Shown: in pieces, positions 12,420 to 25,353 of the stretch | Layout of the letters: every line of letters begins with the position of its first letter | Numbering within the stretch: the first letter of the stretch is position 1 | Source of the DNA: Narcine bancroftii | Lineage: Eukaryota | DNA length: 64,000 bases | Reading direction: 5' to 3' | NCBI RefSeq assembly: GCF_036971445.1 | Contig: NC_091480.1 | Span: 99,324,001-99,388,000 of the forward strand | Translations under genes and position numbers: made by a program | The notes under the pieces: generated by a model | The model's input: only the letters and a program-made list of their open reading frames with translations | What the model was told of the DNA's origin: nothing | Databases searched by the model: none

Positions 12420-12935
12420 CTTGGAATATTGTATGTAGGTTTGGTCGCCAGCAACAGGAAGAATGTTATAAATTTGGAAAGGGTATAGAGAGGCTTTATA
12501 AAGCTGTTGCCAGGGTTAGGGAAGTGGAGTTACTGTGAGACATTGAAAAAACTAGGCTTTTTCCTTGGAGCAAAGGAGGTTGAAAGGGAATCTTATTTAG
12601 GTCTATAAAATCACAAGAGGTATTGATCAGGTGAATAATGACAGTCTGTTTCCTAGAGTGGGAGAATCTAAGACAAGAGGGCATAACTATAAGGCAAGAA
12701 GAGGGTGGGATACAGAAATGACGTGAGGGGACAGATCTTCACTCAGGGAGTGGTGGGCACATGGAACAAGCTGCTGGACAAAGCAGTGGAGGCAGGTATG
12801 TTAGCTTCCTTGATGGAACACCTGGATAAGTACATGGCTGGAAGGGGATTGGAGGAGTGTGGGTCGAATGTGGGAAAGAGTTGGATCGACATGGACAAGC
12901 TGGGCCTGTTTCCCTGCTGTAGAACTCTATGACTC
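12420..12935 (+). mobile_element. CR1-like LINE 3' fragment
   Basis: Degenerate CR1 ORF2 tail (IFTQGVVGTWNKL) and CTCTATGACTCCATG tail. Confidence 0.7.
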
Positions 12936-13854
12936 CATGCACTTCAATTTGCAGCATTCAAGATTTAATTTATTGTCGTGCAATAAAGACAGTGCAATAT
13001 TAAATGAAATTTGTTTTTCTCTGACAGATTTGGCATCAGCAGAAATTGCCTGAAGCATCTCTTACAGTCAGAGAAAGAGAAGCAAAAGAGAGTTCCCTTA
13101 GAGTCACCGGGTGTCCCTGAATTTGCCTCCAGGGCTCCCGCAGCCATACATACCATGCCTCCTCCTGACAAATGTTTCCTTCAGTGACAGTGTTAATCCA
13201 AATGAAGGCCGAAGATGGAAGTTTCCTTCCATGAGACACCGATGGGAGAGAAAGTAAGAAGAGATTATCTGCACAGACAGGAAGCATGAGCTCAGAAAGC
13301 CTGGGTTCTTTGAGCGTCGCCTCTCCTGTCTATGGTCCAGCAATGTTTGACTGCTCCTACATACAAAAGGTGGGACTCCAGAGGTTTTAGGATGGGGTGA
13401 TAGCAGGTTCAGAAGTTGTTCCAAAAGGTTTCAGATAAGAGCAGAAATAATTAAGTACTCAGAAAAAAAAATGGGAGAAAAGGAATGGCATAAAAATAGT
13501 AAGATGCAAGTAAAACTCAAACAGGACTTGCAGATAAAGTAGGCTGAAATAAATGAAATGCAAACACAGAAAAGAGGGAACTGAAGTGGAAAGGGAAACT
13601 CGTGCAATGATATGGTCAAAAACTGATTTTCAACCATGCATGAGTGTAACAGAAGGAGTGTAAAAGTGTGAAGGACAAAACTGTAATGGAAAAATAAATC
13701 AGATTTCATTTAAAATAAATGAAGAGCAGACCAAGAGGGCACATTGAATTGGGAAGACATCAGAGCAGAGATGGTATTCCTTGGGGGATCATCCAATCAG
13801 GCAACATGGGTTAAAACTGGAAACAAGATCATATTGTTGGGAGTATAATATAGA

Positions 13855-13961
13855 GGTATTGTTCATAACTTCACACATTGGACACATTGCATTCTACCTT
13901 CACTTTAGAATTCTTTGTGAGTGTCCTGAGTCAGAAAAATCATTCTACACGACATTATTAT
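13855..13961. repeat. 107-bp inverted repeat, left arm (partner 15691-15797)
   Basis: Reverse complement of 15691-15797 with one mismatch; also visible as the shared peptide VLFITSHIGHIAFYLHFRILCECPESEKS in ORFs 13781+ and 15680-. Confidence 0.92.
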
Positions 13962-15012
13962 CAATTTTCAGTGGGGATTAGAGACCAAATATGTCAGGAG
14001 ATTGCAGAGAGGTCAAGTCAAGGCAAGTCAAGTTTATTGTCATCTGATTTCACAAGTACAATCTGACCAAACGGCATTCTTCGGTCCTCGGTGCAAAACA
14101 TGCAGACACACAACCAGACATAACACACATATAGACAAACAATACATCTGCAGGACAAATATTTCATCCATACAAATAAATAAATAAATACATAGATGTT
14201 GTTTCATGAATGGTGAGAGCCTCGGAGAGTTAATGTGAGCAGTTCTTTGGTCGTTCCACATTCTCACTGTCTATGGGAAGAAGCTATTCCTCAGCAAGGT
14301 GCAAGAATGGTAGTAATAGTAGAGGATTTTAACCTCCAAATACAACCTCGACTACCATAGTGCTAAGAGTTTGGATGAGATGGAAGTTGTTAAATGTTTC
14401 TCAAGCATTATGTGGTCCAACTAGAGGGGCAATGTTTGACCTCCGCTTGGGAAATAAGACAGGGCAAGTTACTGAAGTGTCAGGGGAGGAACACTTTGGG
14501 ACCAATGGCCTTAGTTTTTAAATAGTTATGGAAAAGCTGTGGACTGGTGCACAAGTTAAAGCCCTGAATCGGGGCAGGACAATATTTGATGATATTAAAA
14601 AGGAACTTACAGAGGTTGATTGGGAGAGGATGCTGGCAGGTTAAGGGATAGTTGAAAAGTTGGAGGCTTTTAAAAGTGAGTGAGCATGTTCCTGTTGGAG
14701 AGAATGGAATCCAGATAACAAGAGTTTTTGAGGTCTCCAAGAAAAAGGAGGTATATGTCAGTACAGGTGTGGGATCAAGTTAATCCTAGAGGAGTATAGG
14801 GGATTTAGGAAAACACTCAAGAGGAAATTAGCAGGCACAAAGGGAACATGAGGAGGCAGGTTTGGCAGATAAATATTCTACAAGTTCTGGACTTGACCAT
14901 GAGAGAAACAGTTCACTCGTGCCTTTACTTCTAAATAATCCGAATGATAAATACAGGATTTCATTGACCCCAACACTTCAAAAGCTCCTTACTCGAAGTA
15001 CTGAATACTGAC

Positions 15013-15142
15013 CTTGGATAATCCCACCTGAACACTGCTCTTTGTACGTGATAACCTCACACATGTATTCCAGGGTTGATTTCTTGATCCCGATTTATCT
15101 CGCAATTCCAAGGGCTTCAGATGGGAAGCTAATACAATATCC
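15013..15142 (-). CDS. CCDC103: CCDC103/DNAAF19 middle coding exon (130 bp)
   Basis: Acceptor tgtgttctccAG; reads (R)DIVLASHLKPLELRDKSGSRNQPWNTC...GLSK; donor AAG|GTCAGT; phase 2 in and phase 0 out, matching both neighbouring exons; IVLASHLKPLE is the conserved CCDC103 motif. Confidence 0.92.
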
Positions 15143-15690
15143 CTGGAGAACACAAATGGCAAGATAGGATTTACTCACCGCATGCCTTCACATTTCCATC
15201 CTTTTGAACTTTTCACTTTTGCCATGCAAGCAAAATTAAAAAGGCAATCATTCACTAAATTATCTAGGAATAACAGGTTGAACTTTCTAGTCTTGCCCTC
15301 TATGGTTTGGCAACTTCTGTGGTACTAACTAATTCTAAATAGGACCTAACATTAACTAAGATCTTCAGTCTTAATACATAGATAGTTAACTTGTCAGTGC
15401 ATCCTTTGTGATCTCAATCATCAGCAATTTCTGACTGATGGAAACTGATTGTTATGCATGGTTCTCAGTACTATTACAATCCAGGGAGTGCCTAAAAAAA
15501 GAATAGTCCTCGTGCTTAGAAGAACACGATCAGTGGCAATTTCCATGGTCAACCTGTATAACCTTTTTTTTCCCCAGAATTACACCCACTGAACGCTGCA
15601 CCAAATCTTAAAAAAAATCTTTTAATCAAGCTACGAATTCATTTTGCAATTATTTTAAATTAGCATTACAGAAACTGCCTCAGGCCATCA

Positions 15691-15797
15691 ATAATAATGT
15701 CGTGTAGAGTGATTTTTCTGACTCAGGACACTCACAAAGAATTCTAAAGTGAAGGTAGAATGCAATGTGTCCAATGTGTGAAGTTATGAACAATACC
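15691..15797. repeat. 107-bp inverted repeat, right arm (partner 13855-13961)
   Basis: See left arm. Confidence 0.92.
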
Positions 15798-17229
15798 AAA
15801 TGTAACCAAATATCACACAGACTGGTTAAAATATAAAACCAAAACCATGAAAGTACATTAAAAAACATACCAGGGGTCTAGGTTAATTAGGTGTATATTG
15901 GACGGCACAGGCTCATGGGCTAAAAGAGCTTGTTACCATGCTGTATGTCTAATCTTTTTTAAAAATCATTGGATGAGAGGTTTCAACTATCAGATCCATT
16001 TGCAACCCTTTGCTACTCTGTAAAAATGATCAAAGGAACCTCAGAATAAGAGACTTCCTATCTTTACACCAACTCTTTCTTGAAAAGTAATTAGATGTTA
16101 ATGGGACACACATTAATGAATTGGCAAATACACAGTAGGTCTTAGGAAAGAAGGGTTACACAAGCTGTGAATCCCCAGAATCCTGTCTGATTTATGTCAT
16201 TCTACTATTTATTTCACGCAACTAGCATTTTTCTTTTAGATCATGTTAGTTTACACTCATTATAGAAAGCAGACCTCGTGCACAGCAATCCAAGGATTCT
16301 ACAATGACGCGATTGTAATCCCAATTACTGTAGGTAGTAAATTTTTCTTGGAATTCTGAAAATTTTACATTTAATTTTACTTCTCTGTTTTCCCTTGCTC
16401 TCACTCTAATCTTTTGTTTACTTTTACTGTATGAGATTTGTTTCCAAATCATCCTCTTCTCATTTTTTTTCTCTCAATTCTACCAGCCCAGTTCATTAAA
16501 GTCTAGGTTGTCCATTGTACTTTCTTTCCTGATGTCAGCTTCGATTAACACCTGATGTGTTACATTTGAGCTGAAGCTGTATGTCTTAACTTGATGTCCC
16601 ATTAGGTGCCTCACTGTAGTAAGATTTAGCCCATTGCATTTGTGGGCTGTCCATTTTTAATACAACACTTCAGCTCCCTGTCAGTGTAGTTGTCTTATAA
16701 AACAATCCTAAGACATGAAATTGCTGCTCTGAACCAGAGTGAAATCAGTACCCACACAATGGAAGTGTTGCCCTAAACGAGCTTCTCAAGAGAGACCTGC
16801 ATTTGCATTGTGCCTCTCACGTCTATTTTAAAACAGCTAAAATACTTTTTAGCCAAATAAATATTCTTAAGGTGAAGTTACCATTGTAACAGGAAACGGA
16901 AAATAATTCTAACATTCAGAAAACCAAGGAAAATAAAGAAAGTTTGTGAGAGTCAGGGGAAAGCAAATAATTTTCACATCACAGGCATCCAGAAACAACA
17001 ATTTGTCATCTTGAAAATAATCTATTTTAGAAAAATTCATGTTGGAATAAAATTAAAAATAGGACATTGGTGACACATTTTACTACTCTACAAAGCAGTG
17101 CCATTGAATCTTTTAATTCCAAATGAAAGAGAAAGCAGGAAAAAAGTAGAAATTCTGTCTGTCCCACATGAAAAAGAATCTCTGGTGAGTATCTGGTACA
17201 AAATGAATAATTTAACTGGTACAAGAAAA

Positions 17230-19100
17230 AAAAATTACTCCAAAAACACCCTTGTTTTAGAATAGACTAATTCCTCTAGCTATGCACTGATAATTTAATT
17301 CTACATGCATAGTTCCATAAAGGGATCAGATATGTTGAAGATTGTTATGTACAAGGGCAATTAATGTCATTTGAACAATTAAAAAATAAATAACAATACA
17401 ATCTTTTGTTACTTTCAGCTAAGAGCTTTTCTTAGAGAAGGATATCCGACTATGACATTACCAGAGTGAAGTGAAATGGAGATTCTAATTCAAAAGGGGA
17501 CCACAAAGAAGTTATGTATTCTTTAATCCAGTTGGGTACTCCTAAACGGGAGTTACATAGATCAAAAACAAAGATGGGAATCAGGCTTGAATATTAGTTT
17601 TTTGGGGTTTTTTTTAATAAACTTTATTTATTTAAAGAATCATTAATAGTAATATAAAGTACATTCCAAAAAGACAATTTTATGAATATACATAAAAAAT
17701 AAAAATAAAAATAAAGACAACTTTTTAAAAAATCCCCACCCATCAGCCAGCTCTCTTAAGGAGAGCTAAAAATATATAATAAACTAAGAATATATAATAA
17801 ATCAAAATACATCTAAATGCATATATTCCAAATATGCTAACCACTTATTAACAAAAAAAGAATAATTATCATGTAGATTATATGTAATTTTTTCTATAAC
17901 AACACAAGCTTTCAATTCATTCTGCCATCACATTATATTAATCACTGTTATCTTTCCAAGTACTTGCTACACATTTTCGAGCTACAGACAATGCTAAATA
18001 CATAAATGCAATTTGAAATTTATCCAACCCTAATCCCTTTAAAGAAATCATATAACCCATTAAAAAATAGATGGATCTAATGGTAACAAAATTATATAAT
18101 TTTTCAAAAATTAATTTAATTTCATTCCAGAATGGTTGTACATACATACAAGACCAAACAGCATGTAAAAAAGTTCCAGTACATACACCACATCTAAAAC
18201 AAGAATCTGAATTACTAAAACCATATTTTTAGGCTTGAATATTAGTATTGATGATAAGACCTGGTTGAACTTATGCTACAACTGCATGAACAACACAATT
18301 AATGTAAGATATAGGCTGGTGTAATATAATTTTTTGTATCAGCTTTATCTTACCCCACAAAAATTACATAAACTAAATCCTAATTTTTCTGATATATGTT
18401 TTCGATGCAGGGAAAAAAACGGATACTTTTTTTTACATTCCACCTGGTCATGTTCAAAATTGAAACCCTTTTGGGGAAACAAGAGTTTTATTAAATCAAA
18501 TTATTGGGAAACAATTGCCTCTAAGTCCAGAATTGTTTCTTTTAGGAAATATTACAGACTTAAAACCTAAAATGAGGCAGTCCAAATATCAATTAGAGTT
18601 TCTTAAAATTGGATTGGCAGTGGTCAGGAAATGTATAGCAGTTACCTGATTCAACCTTGGAACTAGCCTATTGGAACACCAAAATGCATAGTTGCGTTCC
18701 CCTGGAAAAAATCACTTACAACTGAAGGAATAAATACAACATGGTTTTGCAGGTATGGGAACCTTACTTACAAAATGTAGGGTTGAATACTTAATAAATA
18801 AGATACTATTCTATTTCTTTTTCTTCCTTTTATTTGAATTTAGATAAAAATAATTGGGTCTCTTCATCGTTGAATTGGGTTTCATATCTAGATCACTCCT
18901 CTTTTTCATTTCTTTCTCCTATTTCCTTTTCTTTCTTTGACTTTTTTCCTTTTTCACCTTTTTTCTTTTTCATTAGGGGTTTTGTTTGGGGAAGGGGAAT
19001 AGGGGTCATATTTGGAATATGTATTAATGACTCACATCTAATTACTTATCTGTGATGATAATTTGGTATTGTTTGTTGATAAAATCAAAAATATTCAAAA
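17230..19100 (+). mobile_element. L1-clade LINE 3' fragment interrupted by a nested antisense L1
   Basis: LYLTPQKLHKLNPNFSDICFRC...H.TWSCSKLKPFW (ORF2 C-terminal CCHC region); A-rich end near 19100. Confidence 0.75.
17599..18230 (-). mobile_element. Nested 5'-truncated L1 with 16-bp TSD
   Basis: TSD aggcttgaatattagt at 17583-17598 and 18231-18246; T-tract (polyA on minus) and tttatt signal at left end; ORF 17938-18147 VQPFW...LSVARKCVASTWK. Confidence 0.85.
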
Positions 19101-19577
19101 AAAAGGAAAAAGAATCTCTGGGTTGTATGTGATGTTATGTACAGCATGTACTCTGACAATACATCGGAACTTTGACTCGACTTTGTCTTACTGTCTCTTC
19201 CGAAAAATTACTTCACGAAAAGTGCAACATTCCAAGTGCAGCAGCAGTTTGTTCTTTTATTCCTTCCTCCCGCCCCAAAGTCTTTGAAATTAAACTTGGA
19301 TGCAGATCCCTGACAAAGCAGTCCATAATTCTGTGATGGTTCAAGCTGTAGAGCTTATGTACAACCAAAATATTAAAAGCAAAAATTTGCAGTTATGATC
19401 TCTCTTATACAGTTTGTAAATATTCCAAAATACTTTTGAAACTCTACTTTGAGATGCATTTATCCTGATTGCCTGCAAATAGTCCCTAGAGTGCAGGCAA
19501 TAAAATGGTTGTTCAAGATTCCTTTATTGTCATGTAACAGTACAGAACATGTAATATTACACAAAGTAGTCTTCTGC

Positions 19578-20483
19578 CAGTGGCAGATTAACCATTAGGC
19601 TGAGTAGGCTTAAGTCTAGGGACCCGGAAGGGAGGAGAGCCTGTCACAACCACTGGAACACCAATGTAACCACTTGTCAATATGGGCTCACGTTAGTCCT
19701 GGGTCTACCCATCAATCAAGGCCCGTGGAAGTACCCCATTCTCCTGTAAATCAGCACCGAGGTCTCAGTCCCATCTATCATTTCAGGTTCCTCTGGTCCC
19801 AATACTACTTGTCAATCAATGCACACATTTGTACACGTGTGTAAGTCTGATGTCTGCCTCCTGCAGTGAGCTTGGCTCATGTCCATTTTATTCAATGCTC
19901 AGCATCACTCATGGGATGTTTACTTTTTTAAACAAAACTCTGCCTTCTCCTGTGTAATTTTGTATCAAGACTGAGTTTTTTTTTTAAGAATTGTTTTTAT
20001 TTATCCTTTTGTAATTATGCGGGGCGAGCAGACGGCTTCTGTAAGGTAAAGCTTTGTTTGATTTTAATGAAGTTTTTCCTCCCCTCCTCAACCAAACACC
20101 AACCGGTGTATTTGCAGCACATCCATGATGGATACATTTAGAATATGCGAGGGCATCACGCCCAAAGGCTAATAAATGGAACAATTTTTTAGATTTACAT
20201 GCTGCTATTGACACTTTTGTAAACTAAAAGCACGGAAGATTTTTAAATTACAAATGTAAAGAAAATGAAAAATAATTGAATAAAAGGGCAGTAATTCATC
20301 CATATAACTTTATATTATACATGTAGTACATTATACATACACAACCATTTAAGTTAGTTAACATAACAACATCACTTTATTCTATTCAACGAAGGGTGGG
20401 GGCTGTGGGGCAGGGGGGCAAGATCAAGGGGAGCCTTACTCAAGCTCAGCCTATGGGCCCAGGTGGTAGTTAATCTGCCACTG
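19578..20483. mobile_element. Non-autonomous hAT DNA transposon (906 bp)
   Basis: Perfect 15-bp TIRs CAGTGGCAGATTAAC / GTTAATCTGCCACTG; 8-bp TSD TCTTCTGC at 19570-19577 and 20484-20491; no transposase ORF. Confidence 0.9.
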
Positions 20484-22176
20484 TCTTCTGCAGACAGAAT
20501 CACTATTGGTGTTGCCTGGAGCCCTTTACAGTAAGAGAGAAAGAGAAGCAAGGGTCCATTCAGAGACATTGAGCGTCTGTGGATTCACCTCCAGAGCTCC
20601 CGCAGCCTCTGCAGCCACACAGATTCCTGTTTGATCCATCAGCCTTCGGGAGCCCTTCTTGGCCTCAGCAACTTCTCAATTCCCATGAACCAGTCTCCAG
20701 CAGTTCGCACCCCGAGCGGGTCCCCTGACCAAAAGTTGTCATAGCCTGTGTGTGCCCTTCATCAATTGAGCCCCTCACTGGTCCAATGTCATGGTCACCA
20801 TCCTGTAGGGTCATTGTTTTTCCAACTAAGCCTGCATTTTATATTTATATTAATTGATGAACCTCTACAGATCAGCCTCTCACTATCTATCCTTTGATTT
20901 TTAATTCCTAGAAGGCTCTGAAAGGATGGAAAGTGACAATTGGCAAGTTATTGGCAAAATGTGTTAGAACTGCATAATTCCAGATCAATTAGCACAAGTA
21001 CCTGTAGAATAGAAACTGAAAATGAAGCACTAAATTTATGAAGTAAAAAAAACCGCATCAAAAATTATGAGGGCATAATTGGCCATTGTTTAAGGGTTTC
21101 TAAAATACAACTTTTCATCAGCGTATATTCGGAATTAATATGGCCTGCTAAAATGAAGGAATTGAGAAAGGCATTTATTTCGGTTGGTGACACTCACCAG
21201 GTGCCAGCAATAACCAAAGACAAGATCATTTTTTTCCTGAAGGAACAGAACTATTCAGTACAAGATCTGATTTGGACTGGAAGGGCAGGTAAACAGCCAA
21301 GGGATTCAACATCTCTTCACACAAACCAAGACTGATATGGTCCAATCATGTAAGATCATAAGATATTGGAGCAGAAATAGGCCACTCAGCCCATTGAGTC
21401 TGTCCCACCATTCAATCATAAGTTGAACCATTTTACCCCTTAGCCCCATTGCCCGGCCTTCTCCTCATAATCTATGATCCCCTGGCTAATCGAGAACCTA
21501 TCAATCTCTGCCTTAAATACACCGAATGACTTGGCCTCCACAACCACTTGTAGCAACAAATTCCACAGATTCACCAAATTCACCATCATTTCTGTTCTAT
21601 GCGGACACCCTTCAATCCTGAAGTTGTGCCCTCTAGTCCTAGACTCTCCCATCATGGGAAATGTGAGGGTTGGGTATCGACAAAAATGATAAATCCTCGG
21701 CCTGATTTGGCGGTGGTCAGATCAGATTCTTAGTGCAACTTAATTTCTGTTATGAGCTATCCTAACGCCTTTTATGAAAATCTCATAAATTATGTGACCT
21801 TCAATGGTGTGGTTCGCAGAAAAGCATTGTCAAGTATCTCTGTGTAACATCTCATTGCATATGTGTCATCATGCACCCCTTCAGTAATAAGCTGCTTGCA
21901 CTTAACCTAGCAGTTGTGTTCTGGATACACCACAATATAAGCAGCAATTTTCCAGTTACTAATGAATGAATGGTGCAATGATGGACTGGAAGTGAAGGAG
22001 GGGCCAGTTAGACGGGGACTGGATAGGCTGGTGAAGTACAATACTCATGGGAGGCATGTTGCTTGTGCCAAGTGAATCAGAAGCACCAAATGTTCTCTAC
22101 ATCCTGATACATTAGAATCTACAACAACTGGATGTAAAATGTTGACATTCCTTTGCAAAATGAAATTTATCATTAC

Positions 22177-22319
22177 CTAAATTCTTCATAGGATCCCACT
22201 TTCTGATGGACAGCCCTAAACTTGGCATCGTTTTCTCTTTTATGTTTCTCATCGAGAGCCACGGCAACCTCTAACTCCCGCTCCAGAGCCTGAAAATCAA
22301 GGGTCTCACTCTCTTCCAT
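22177..22319 (-). CDS. CCDC103: CCDC103/DNAAF19 first coding exon (coiled-coil / dynein-attachment N-terminal domain)
   Basis: [47 protein letters not shown](R) aligns with human [48 protein letters not shown]; donor AG|GTAATG at 22176; acceptor cctgttttccAG 9 nt upstream of the ATG implies a non-coding exon 1. Confidence 0.93.
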
Positions 22320-23654
22320 TTGTACCAACTGGAAAACAGGACAATAATTACATGTTAAGATGTAGTTCACACATCTTTAAGGAGTGATAAAACTGCTGCT
22401 CAACAAAGCAGCCACCTAGTGCTGGTGCTCAAACCAATACCCACTCATTGTTTCATTTCAGACCATGGACTGATCCTCCGAACCACTGCTCATCATTGTT
22501 CCAAGTTGTCGAATGATTTGCCACCCCATTTGGTAGAAAGAAGATATCATACAGGAGTTAAGCAAGTCAGCCTTTTTAACCTGCTCAACCATTCAATAAG
22601 ATCAGTTGATCCAACCTTGGCCTCACCACACACTTCCACTCACTCCATACACTTTATTGACCGATATTTAAATGGGCCTTTTTTTCCACCTAGAACACAT
22701 TTGATCTCGCAGACTTCACAGACGCCCGTGATGGGCAATGCCAAAGGTTCATATCTCTCGCTGATAGAAGAAATCCCCATTTATTTGACATGGATTATTA
22801 CCCTACCATGATATATAAACCCTCAAGGTTAAACATTCTCTCGGCATCTACGAGATTAAATCATATATCAACTTCTTTTCCATCCGGCAATTAACCTAGT
22901 GACCTTCTGTACTCTGTCATAGAATCTGCAACACAGAAAAAGGCCCTTCAGCTCAATGTCCATGCCAACCAAGTTAGTGCCACGTGCCTGCATTCAGCCC
23001 ATATCCCTTGTCTTGAATGCAAGAACATCCTTCCTTAGTAATGGAACCAAAACGTGTACAGTACTCCTGCTGCAACCGCACTAATGCCCTGTAAAATTGT
23101 ACCACGTTTATACTTTCTTACTTCACTAACCTTTGTACAAGGGGCCACCTTCCATTAGCTTTCCTACTCACTTGCTTGACCTGCATGCTAATTTTTTCCA
23201 TGCAGCACAAAGCTTTGTCGTGGCACACTGTTCAAACTATTTGCTTTTTCATTCTGAATACTCTCACATTTAGAACATAGAACACTGCAGCTTAATACAG
23301 GCCCTTCAACCCTCGATGTGGTGCTGACCCATATGTTCCTTCCAAAAAAGTACTAAACCCTCCTGCCTCGTAACCCTCCATTTTTCTTTCATCCATGTGC
23401 CTGTCTTCATTTCCCCAGACTCTCCTGCCTTTTCTTTCCCACTCATGCCTGATCTAATCTATATCCCTTTCCAGATTATCCGTGCACTCTTTGGAAATTT
23501 AATAACCTACCTACTTTGTACTATCAACAAATTAAAATGAAATATACTTGGTTCCTTCATCCATTAATATAAATTATAAATATTTGAGCACCCAAAGAGT
23601 CAGATTACCTATCTGAAAATGATTCTCAACCTTCTATCAGTTAGCTCCAGGAAC

Positions 23655-23729
23655 GTGTGAAAAAGAAAAAGTGTATATCATGGCTAATGTGATTTATGGT
23701 GTGAAAAATAAAAAATAAAAAAAATAAAA
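23655..23729 (+). mobile_element. Short poly(A)-tailed retroposed insert (probably the extreme 3' end of an L1) with 16-bp TSD
   Basis: TSD agttagctccaggaac at 23639-23654 and 23730-23745; A-rich tail containing AATAAA. Confidence 0.8.
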
Positions 23730-23816
23730 AGTTAGCTCCAGGAACATCCATGCCAAAATGCTAATCCTAACCCTTCTTAGTAATATTTTGGACTCTAAAG
23801 ACTTCCTATTTGTTGT

Positions 23817-24524
23817 CTTCTTTGGCTTGGCTTCGCGGATGAAGATTTATGGAGGGGGTAAAAAGTCCACGTCAGCTGCAGGCTCGTTTGTGGCTGACAA
23901 GTCCGATGCGGGACAGGCAGACACGATTGCAGCGGTTGCAAGGGAAAATTGGTTGGTTGGGGTTGGGTGTTGGGTTTTTCCTCCTTTGCCTTTTGTCAGT
24001 GAGGTGGGCTCTGCGGTCTTCTTCAAAGGAGGTTGCTGCCCGCCAAACTGTGAGGCGCCAAGATGCACGGTTTGAGGCGTTATCAGCCCACTGGCGGTGG
24101 TCAATGTGGCAGGCACCAAGAGATTTCTTTAGGCAGTCCTTGTACCTTTACTTTGGTGCACCTCTGTCACGGTGGCCAGTGGAGAGCTCGCCATATAACA
24201 TGATCTTGGGAAGGCGATGGTCCTCCATTCTGGAGACGTGACCCATCCAGCGCAGCTGGATCTTCAGCAGCGTGGACTCGATGCTGTCGACCTCTGCCAT
24301 CTCGAGTACTTCGACGTTAGGGGTGTAAGCGCTCCAATGGATGTTGAGGATGGAGCGGAGACAACGCTGGTGGAAGCGTTCTAGGAGCCGTAGGTGGTGC
24401 CGGTAGAGGACCCATGATTCGGAGCCGAACAGGAGTGTGGGTATGACAACGGCTCTGTATACGCTTATCTTTGTGAGGTTTTTCAGTTGGTTGTTTTTCC
24501 AGACTCTTTTGTGTAGTCTTCCAA
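23817..24524 (-). mobile_element. Young 5'-truncated RTE-clade LINE
   Basis: Minus strand reads FGRLHKRVW...VYRAVVIPTLLFGSESW...QLRWMGHVSRMEDHRLPKIMLYGEL...CNRCNRVCLSRIGLVSHKRAC (one internal stop); CpGs retained; 9-bp TSD atttgttgt at 23808-23816 and 24525-24533. Confidence 0.9.
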
Positions 24525-25353
24525 ATTTGTTGTATTCTCATGTTATCTACACTGACTTTGCTTAATTGCCTTATGGTTTTCTATCTTCTTAATAATGGAT
24601 TCCAGCATTTTTCTGATTATAAATGTTCAGCCAAATGCAAGATTCCTGCTTCCTGTTTCCCTCCTTTCTTGAATAGTGAATACTCAGACTTTTTTTTCCA
24701 TTTCTCCATCACAGAATAGTACACCACAAATCAGCCCGTTTGACCCATGACATCCAGAGTGACCATCAAATACATCCACAAAAATTTTTTCTATGTCCCC
24801 ACCAACAAACCTTCCCCTACCCCATTTCCCCCTAATGAAAAGCAAATGGCAGCCCTACTACAGCTGCTGTGATGGGCAGAGATGCCACTGGTGAGATGTG
24901 TGTGGTGGCACTAGACAGAGTATAGAGGAGGTTCACCAGGATGTTGCCTGGATTGGTGGACCCTACTGACAAGTAGAAATTCTGCTTTGCCTGCAGGGAA
25001 AAGAATCACAGGGTTGTATGTGACATCACATAGGTACTCTGACAATAAATCTGAACTTTGAACTCTAGTTATGGCAAGAGATGCCCTTGTTTTCTCTGGA
25101 GCAAAGCGGCCTGAAGGGTGACCCAAGAGAGGTATATAAAATAAGATGAATAAACAGTGCAGAGTCAAACTCTTTTCCCCATGTTATGAGGATACAAAAC
25201 ATGAGGGGGTGGGGTGAGGGTGAGTGGAAGAAGGTTTAAAAAGAATCTGATGACAAGTTTCTTCTTCACAGAGAGTGGCTGATACCAGGAACTTGCTGCC
25301 AGAGGAGGTATCAGATACAATTACTGTATGTAAGAGAAACTTGGACACTTGTG

